Virus record (IMG/VR): IMGVR_UViG_3300042397_001885 | DNA: 20,000 bases | Origin: an uncultured virus (IMG/VR IMGVR_UViG_3300042397_001885) | Taxonomy: Duplodnaviria > Heunggongvirae > Uroviricota > Caudoviricetes | Direction: 5' to 3' (one strand) | Part shown: positions 15,060 to 20,000 of the stretch, piece by piece | Layout: each line of letters opens with the position of its first letter | Numbering within the stretch: the first letter of the stretch is position 1 | Notes under the pieces: model-generated | The model's input: the letters and a program-made list of their open reading frames with translations, nothing else | Database searches by the model: none | Told to the model about the DNA's origin: nothing | Made by a program: the position numbers and the translations under genes

Positions 15060-15355
15060 TGTTAGACACAAGAGAAAAAGCAGAAATCATTTTTGAGTTT
15101 ATCAATGGGTATAGAAGTGATGAAGCCTTTGAAGATTTCTTTTCATACAATGATTTAGGCGTACCAATGTCAGTAATGATTGTAAATGAATTAGTTATTC
15201 TAACAGACAAGGGTCTACAAGTAATTGATGAGACCTGGTTGGAACTTTGTTCGGTTCTAAATAATGCTGACCCAAACTATGACTACCAAGACCTTGATGA
15301 ACTAATTGAAATGGCTGTTCCTTTTGAAGATCAAGCAGACTTAGAAGATGAGTAA
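15059..15355 (+). CDS. Acidic hypothetical phage protein
   Basis: 98 aa; F..YNDLG.P and IDETW motifs. Confidence 0.8.
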   Translation: MLDTREKAEIIFEFINGYRSDEAFEDFFSYNDLGVPMSVMIVNELVILTDKGLQVIDETWLELCSVLNNADPNYDYQDLDELIEMAVPFEDQADLEDE

Positions 15356-15455
15356 ATGGGATAGCAGAGAACCATACACAAATGTTGGAACTGGAATAAT
15401 TGGTGGATTTATGTCTATCTTATTATTCTTTATTTTGATATCAGCAATTTTTTAA
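15348..15455 (+). CDS. Membrane micropeptide (35 aa)
   Basis: MSKWDSREPYTNVGTGIIGGFMSILLFFILISAIF. Confidence 0.55.
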   Translation: MSKWDSREPYTNVGTGIIGGFMSILLFFILISAIF

Positions 15456-15461
15456 ATTGTT

Positions 15462-15538
15462 GGGGTGGTAGCTCAGTTGGTTAGAGCCCTGAACTCATAA
15501 TTCAGTAGTCGTCAGTTCGAGCCTGACCCACCCCACCA
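15462..15538 (+). tRNA. tRNA with CAT anticodon (elongator Met or Ile2), CCA encoded
   Basis: GGGGTGG/CCACCCC acceptor (paired 1-72, so not initiator); CTGAA-CTCATAA-TTCAG anticodon arm; TTCGAGC loop; A-CCA end. Confidence 0.95.
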
Positions 15539-15646
15539 AGTGGGCGCACACAAATTTAATTTTGTCAAATAAGATTAAGAACGACCTTTTAAATCGCCCA
15601 TTTTTCAATATTTTTAAAATCAAGGAAGAGAGAGTATAATAGTATT

Positions 15647-16174
15647 ATGACTATAGTAATTGGACTCATAGATAATGGTATTGTCTATATGGGATCAGAT
15701 AGAGGTATGTCTGATGAATATTCTATATCTTCTCCTATTACCCCGAAAATAAAAAAGAATGGACAATTCTTAATTGGTTATGCTTCTTCAAGGGGATCTG
15801 GACAAGTAGCTCATTATATTGATTTTCCTAATGTAGTTAAAAAGGATGTAGATAAATATATGAGAACAGATTTTATTCTTACCCTGAAAAAAGCTATAGA
15901 TCCATATGGTATTGATATATCAGATGATGACAAAGCTGCTGCAGATTTTTTGGTGGGAATTCATGGAAGATTATTTAATATATCTACTAATGACTGGCAA
16001 GTAAATGAATATGATAAATATACAGCTATTGGATCTGGTAATAGTTTTGCAATAGGATCATTAGATACTTCATATACCTGGAAAGATCCTATAAAGAAAA
16101 TAAAGACAGCTTTAGATAGTGCTATAAAGAATTCTCCTCAATGTGATTATCCAATAGATATTTTACATTCTTAA
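15647..16174 (+). CDS. HslV/proteasome beta-type Ntn-hydrolase (Thr protease)
   Basis: N-terminal M-T-IVIG, GSD and AIGSG motifs; TATAAT 6 nt upstream of ATG (leaderless). Confidence 0.85.
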   Translation: MTIVIGLIDNGIVYMGSDRGMSDEYSISSPITPKIKKNGQFLIGYASSRGSGQVAHYIDFPNVVKKDVDKYMRTDFILTLKKAIDPYGIDISDDDKAAADFLVGIHGRLFNISTNDWQVNEYDKYTAIGSGNSFAIGSLDTSYTWKDPIKKIKTALDSAIKNSPQCDYPIDILHS

Positions 16175-16650
16175 AAAGGATTACGAACCCCCTAAATATG
16201 CCCCCAGTTTTTGCGGGGGATAAATATTCCTGGCATCAATATTACCTATATAACTATATATAAGAATCTTTAAAAAAGATTACGAAAGGGCTTAAAAAAT
16301 GCCCAAAATATATGATTATCTTTTAAAATGTATATAGAATTTGCCAGAATATAAACACACCATATATACAAATTTGACATTACGATTAAGATGTGGTATG
16401 CCCCCTCACCCATATATCTCCACTATACTCCATTTCTATCCATTTTAATCCAATATATATCATATAGATTAGCCAGACATAGTTATATTATGCTATTTAA
16501 AGGCTCTATAAGCCATTCTAAGAGACTTTCTTCTGGTTTATATAATCATATGCGAAGCATCATTTATTATGTTTATATAGTCTATTAGTTGTATATATAG
16601 TTATTGTTATATAGGTAATAAGGGTATATCATTTACTTCCCCCGCAAAAA
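16169..16650. other. AT-rich non-coding region between convergent genes, with repeats
   Basis: Degenerate ~38-bp direct repeat at ~16169 and ~16268; TTACGA at 16181, 16280, 16380; 13-bp inverted repeat at 16208-16220 and 16638-16650. Confidence 0.6.
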
Positions 16651-16866
16651 TTAAACGTCTGCTTTCCAATGCAAATAGGATCTTATATAGACTGCTCCAT
16701 AGGCAATAGCTGAAACAATGAATCCATATTGCTGTGTTGCAATAGCATAAGCAATCCAAATAGTTTCATTAAATAGCAATACAAACCATCCCCAGATAGT
16801 TTTTCTACCAACAAAATAGATTCCAGCTACCCCAATGACAGCCAATATCCAAGACCAATATTCCAT
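16651..16866 (-). CDS. PnuC-like small membrane protein
   Basis: 71 aa, three hydrophobic segments; WGW and QYG motifs, terminal W-K. Confidence 0.7.
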   Translation of the reverse strand: MEYWSWILAVIGVAGIYFVGRKTIWGWFVLLFNETIWIAYAIATQQYGFIVSAIAYGAVYIRSYLHWKADV

Positions 16867-16887
16867 AATTATTCCTTTACAAAGAAA

Positions 16888-16924
16888 TTCTCCCCTTGTG
16901 TAGATCGTACACAGAGGGGGAGAA
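16888..16924 (-). terminator. Intrinsic terminator
   Basis: Minus strand TTCTCCCCCTCTGTGTA-CGATC-TACACAAGGGGAGAA followed by TTTCTTT. Confidence 0.6.
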
Positions 16925-17014
16925 CAAGACTTATTTATTATATCATATAGTTGCTCATGTTGAGCATATGTATACTAATTTCCGCCGATTTTTTCGACTT
17001 ATTTTTTGCGATTT

Positions 17015-17749
17015 TTATAGTGCTGTAATATCTGTAATGATTCCATTAGTTACAGTCACTGTGTGTGAAGCAGTTGTAAATGATCCTGTAGCCCCAGTTG
17101 GAAGGTCTCCAATAGTTGCAATTTGATTATCTGGAACATCTTGATTTTCTAAGAATACCCCCATACCCTCACCACTGCTGATAACAACATTAGAACCTGA
17201 TGATAGCCAAAGATCATTATCTCCATTTAGGATACCTGAAACAAATAGTCCACCCATTGCAGGTCCACTTAGATATCCATCTGAAGTAAAACGCCATATG
17301 TATGTATTTAAATCATCTGAAGTAGTTCTAATATCTACATAATCTCCAGTGTCAGAAACAAGAACATTGGTGTTTTCTGCACCAATAATTAAATCTGCAG
17401 TTGAAGCATCCTGTTCTCCACCAGCACGAATGTGAATGTGGTTGGGTGCAGTAGGGTCAATAATTAGATACTGGTCTGAGGTAAGGCTTCCGTCTGGAAC
17501 AAGCTCAATAGTTCCCAAGTTAGCACCATCGCCTGATGCTGTACCAGCACCAACAATTTTAACACCATCAAATGTAATATCTCCAGTGTCTGCTGCCCCA
17601 CCTGAGCCACCTACAGACACCCAAGAATCATTTGACTCATTGTATCTATTAATTGTATTCTCTTCTGTATCAATCCAAACTACTTCATTGTTTGGTGCTT
17701 TTGGTAATTCTACACCAACCTCTAGCCTATCTACTCTTTTATTGCTCAT
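17015..17749 (-). CDS. Virion structural / fibre-like protein
   Basis: 244 aa, G/S/T/D-rich; VWIDT...WVSVGG, DTGDITF and C-terminal TVTVTNGIIT motifs. Confidence 0.7.
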   Translation of the reverse strand: MSNKRVDRLEVGVELPKAPNNEVVWIDTEENTINRYNESNDSWVSVGGSGGAADTGDITFDGVKIVGAGTASGDGANLGTIELVPDGSLTSDQYLIIDPTAPNHIHIRAGGEQDASTADLIIGAENTNVLVSDTGDYVDIRTTSDDLNTYIWRFTSDGYLSGPAMGGLFVSGILNGDNDLWLSSGSNVVISSGEGMGVFLENQDVPDNQIATIGDLPTGATGSFTTASHTVTVTNGIITDITAL

Positions 17750-17971
17750 ACTTGTTATACCTCATTTTAATTAATTGAATTTACCCATTATTATAATGAG
17801 CATTAGTTATATTATATCTTATCTATTAGTTTTATTTATCGTAATCGCTGCCAATAGAATTTATATAGGAAATTTTTTTCTTCTTATCCCAGGAATATCT
17901 CTTTACATTTACATAGCAATTTAATGCCACAAAGAATAGGATTAGCATTTCAGCTATTGAGTGTGAGAATT

Positions 17972-18127
17972 TCAAACTGATTCCCTGAATGATATTCCAC
18001 ATTTGCACTTTCCATCAATGCCATCCCCTACTCTGAACGAGCAGGTATGCTTAAATTTAGACATTAGCTTATATGCATGGACCAAGCCATAGTAGTATGC
18101 ATTGTTTAGTTTATTATATAGTTTCAT
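17972..18127 (-). CDS. Hypothetical protein (51 aa)
   Basis: MKLYNKLNNAYYYG...HTC...CKCG; ATGA overlap. Confidence 0.5.
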   Translation of the reverse strand: MKLYNKLNNAYYYGLVHAYKLMSKFKHTCSFRVGDGIDGKCKCGISFRESV

Positions 18128-18282
18128 TTATTTCCCTGTCCTAATGCTGTATAGATACGATCAGCAATTAAATTATAGGAAACCTTTTCTTCTGCTGATT
18201 CGCTTTCAAACTTCTTTGCTAACTCACGAACACGATGGATCGCTTCTCGCATTTCTTTATATTCTATTAGTTTTTCAAACAT
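18124..18282 (-). CDS. Hypothetical protein (52 aa)
   Basis: MFEKLIEYKEMREAIHRVRELAKK... Confidence 0.6.
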   Translation of the reverse strand: MFEKLIEYKEMREAIHRVRELAKKFESESAEEKVSYNLIADRIYTALGQGNK

Positions 18283-18332
18283 TGTATTCTTTCTTATAAA
18301 CGAGCGTCTGCCTCCGAATAATTAGTATAGCA

Positions 18333-18731
18333 TTATTTGGATCTTTTAGCAAGTAGGGAATCAAAGTCTTTCTTCTTTGTTCCCCCATCATATTCCCAGG
18401 CATAGCCTTCAGAAATCATCTTTTCATTAAGAGAAATATCTTCATCATTAATAAATAGCCATCCTAAAATACGACCATATTTTTCAGAACTATCTGGCTT
18501 CTCTGTTTGAATAACAATGTCTTCAGCACCATCTAATAGATTCTTTAGATATTCTTTTACTTCTAAACCAAGTGCCTTTTCTTTAAGATCAGTTGTTCTA
18601 GATTCAGGGGTATCAATACCAGCAAGCCTTACTCTTTGAGTAAAAGATACACTAAAACCAAGATCAATATCAACATCAATGGTATCACCATCAACTATTT
18701 TTAATACTTTTTTAACACGATATTCATACAT
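18333..18731 (-). CDS. Thermonuclease (SNase-like) family nuclease
   Basis: VDGDT, RVRLAGIDTPE and KYGRILG motifs. Confidence 0.92.
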   Translation of the reverse strand: MYEYRVKKVLKIVDGDTIDVDIDLGFSVSFTQRVRLAGIDTPESRTTDLKEKALGLEVKEYLKNLLDGAEDIVIQTEKPDSSEKYGRILGWLFINDEDISLNEKMISEGYAWEYDGGTKKKDFDSLLAKRSK

Positions 18732-18760
18732 AGTAATTCTATTATATATCTATTTTTGAG

Positions 18761-18833
18761 TCCCCGATAAGAGATTCGAACTCCTGACCTGTAGGGTAGA
18801 AACCTATCGCTCTATCCACTGAGCTAATCGGGG
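18761..18833 (-). tRNA. tRNA-Arg(TCT), no encoded CCA
   Basis: CCCCGAT/ATCGGGG acceptor; loop TTTCTAC; TTCGAAT T-loop. Confidence 0.92.
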
Positions 18834-18836
18834 GAA

Positions 18837-18893
18837 GTCAGTTTGCCATGCCATCTAACATGTGGGAGTATATGCAACTGACAAACATATACT
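18837..18893 (-). ncRNA. Candidate pseudoknotted RNA in the inter-tRNA spacer
   Basis: AGTATATG/CATATACT stem; loop GTCAGTT pairs with downstream AACTGAC; inner CATGTT/GGCATG hairpin. Confidence 0.5.
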
Positions 18894-18897
18894 GCTG

Positions 18898-18970
18898 CTC
18901 CCCAACCTAGACTTGAACTAGGAACATTCAAATTAACAGTTTGACGCTCTGCCGATTGAGCTATTGGGGA
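18898..18970 (-). tRNA. tRNA-Asn(GTT), no encoded CCA
   Basis: TCCCCAA/TTGGGGA acceptor; TCAAA-CTGTTAA-TTTGA anticodon arm; TTCAAGT loop; G discriminator. Confidence 0.95.
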
Positions 18971-18980
18971 TTGGACTGGA

Positions 18981-19109
18981 TTAACGATTCTTGGCGTAAC
19001 CAGTTTTTTTCTTGTTCATAGATCCAGGAGTATTATACCCACCTCTATTAGGAACATTCTTAATACGAATCTCTAAAGCTTTTGCAACTTTATCGTGATG
19101 TTTTCCCAT
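18981..19109 (-). CDS. Small basic protein (42 aa)
   Basis: MGKHHDKVAKALEIRIKNVPNRGGYNTPGSMNKKKTGYAKNR. Confidence 0.65.
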   Translation of the reverse strand: MGKHHDKVAKALEIRIKNVPNRGGYNTPGSMNKKKTGYAKNR

Positions 19110-19307
19110 TTACTTTTCTTTCTTTGATGATTCAACGTGAAGTTTACTTTCATTTAACTGCTTTAGTTGAGTAATTTCAGCATCTTTTGATTGAAGGGCT
19201 TCATTTGCCTGTACCTTTAGCAGTGCTAACTGGGTTTCATACTGGCTTGTAATTTGACCAATACGATTTTGCAATTCTTGAACCAACATCTCTAGTGTAT
19301 TTGACAT
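19110..19307 (-). CDS. Coiled-coil hypothetical protein
   Basis: 65 aa, heptad-like; GAAAGGG upstream. Confidence 0.75.
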   Translation of the reverse strand: MSNTLEMLVQELQNRIGQITSQYETQLALLKVQANEALQSKDAEITQLKQLNESKLHVESSKKEK

Positions 19308-19430
19308 TACATTAATCCCTTTCTAAGGATAGAATCTTTTTCTTTTTCTTTAGACTTTTGATCTAATACATATTCCTTAATCTCATTAAGAATAAATATA
19401 TTTGTTACCAATATTGCTAATAAAATAATC

Positions 19431-19697
19431 TCAGCCATTTTCTGGGAACACCCTCTTTAAGAAAGCAAACTTAGGCTTTGCACCAATAATACGATCTACT
19501 TCTTTGCCATCTTTTAGAATAACATATGTAGGAACTGACTGAATTTTATACTGCTCAACCATATCTTTGTCAGAATCAATATCAACTCTTGTAATGGTTA
19601 AATCAGAATATTCTTTTTCTACCTCGTCAAGAATTGGATTCATAAGTTTACAAGGACCACACCATGTAGCCCAAAAGTCAATTACTTCCGTCTTCAC
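19431..19697 (-). CDS. trxA: Thioredoxin
   Basis: DFWATWCGPCK active site; SVPT cis-Pro motif. Confidence 0.95.
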   Translation of the reverse strand: MKTEVIDFWATWCGPCKLMNPILDEVEKEYSDLTITRVDIDSDKDMVEQYKIQSVPTYVILKDGKEVDRIIGAKPKFAFLKRVFPENG

Positions 19698-19867
19698 TTC
19701 TTATCCTTGTCTTCTTTATAGCTCCAAGAGGCTAGGCTAAAGTTTGGCTTAAGGTCTTTTTTAATACCTTTTACAATATCTTTTGCTTCTGCCTCATCTT
19801 TTACGTTATAAAAAAATGATCGTCTTGACCCACTTGGTTCTTCAATAATAATTTTTAATTTATCCAT
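19694..19867 (-). CDS. Hypothetical protein (57 aa), leaderless
   Basis: MDKLKIIIEEPSGSRRSFFY...; GTGA overlap with thioredoxin. Confidence 0.7.
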   Translation of the reverse strand: MDKLKIIIEEPSGSRRSFFYNVKDEAEAKDIVKGIKKDLKPNFSLASWSYKEDKDKK

Positions 19868-19873
19868 ACCTAG

Positions 19874-19902
19874 ATTTTACACCATATCCTTTGCTTTGTC
19901 AA
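19874..19902 (-). promoter_or_regulatory. Canonical SigA promoter, leaderless
   Basis: TTGACA-17-TAAAAT; ATG 6 nt downstream. Confidence 0.75.
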
Positions 19903-19910
19903 GTTTAAAT

Positions 19911-19939
19911 GAGCAGTTTAATGTCTTTGCTCAGGACAT
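19911..19939 (-). ncRNA. Mini H-type pseudoknot motif copy C
   Basis: ATGTC-CTGAGCAAA-GACAT-TAAAC-TGCTC on minus strand. Confidence 0.65.
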
Positions 19940-20000
19940 CTAATTAAACTAGTAAATTAATACCAGCCCTTTTTCTTGAATGCACCCCATGCTCCACAGG

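Larger units (their letters stand above)
4869..15579. repeat. Dispersed GCTGCGCCC...TTAAG unit family (8 copies)
   Basis: GCGC cores at 4872, 6509, 7558, 8595, 9641, 10855 (inverted), 12297 and 15544 (inverted); TTAAG starts 31-41 bp downstream of each. Confidence 0.85.

Noticed and set aside
15462..15538. Initiator tRNA-fMet
   Set aside because: Positions 1-72 are paired and the anticodon stem lacks three consecutive G-C pairs.
3635..18299. ORFs 3635-3820, 7215-7484, 14001-14216, 14428-14646, 14538-14753, 14980-15210, 16391-16588, 16896-17126, 17436-17774 and 18102-18299
   Set aside because: Antisense to better-supported genes, or low-complexity AT-rich frames without translation signals.
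7843..18885. Other TGTCAG/TGTCGG hexamers (about 7843, 8679, 9244, 15168, and 18882 minus)
   Set aside because: No TAnnnT 10 nt downstream; most lie in coding or RNA sequence.
1..20000. Stop-codon reassignment or LexA SOS boxes
   Set aside because: Genes tile densely under the standard code with TAA, TAG and TGA stops; no TCGAAC-N4-GTTCGA noticed by eye.

Overview
AT-rich segment of a large lytic tailed-phage genome; the host is inferred to be an actinobacterium. Left flank (minus strand, 1-3900): a long Mtd_N-type tail-fibre-like gene running off the window edge, a DUF6065 gene and a 2OG-Fe(II) oxygenase. Centre (~4230-16200, divergent at ~4790/5045, then plus strand): a dense early/host-takeover-like module of ~45 small genes (DUF932, YubB/DUF1281-like, HslV-like, Zn-ribbons, membrane micropeptides) plus tRNA-Asp and a tRNA(CAT). 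Right flank (minus strand): PnuC-like protein, virion-like protein, SNase-like nuclease, tRNA-Arg, tRNA-Asn and thioredoxin. The main signal is non-coding. (1) 15 promoters of exact form TGTCAG-N10-TAnnnT match the actinobacterial RecA-NDp/PafBC DNA-damage promoter. (2) 8 intergenic GCGC...TTAAG units lie mostly ~1-1.6 kb apart, and GCGC was seen nowhere else in the window. (3) There are clustered DnaA boxes, a perfect CRP box and OmpR-type 11-bp direct repeats. (4) There is a covarying mini-pseudoknot family plus other structured-RNA candidates. All family assignments are from motif recognition by eye; no searches were run.
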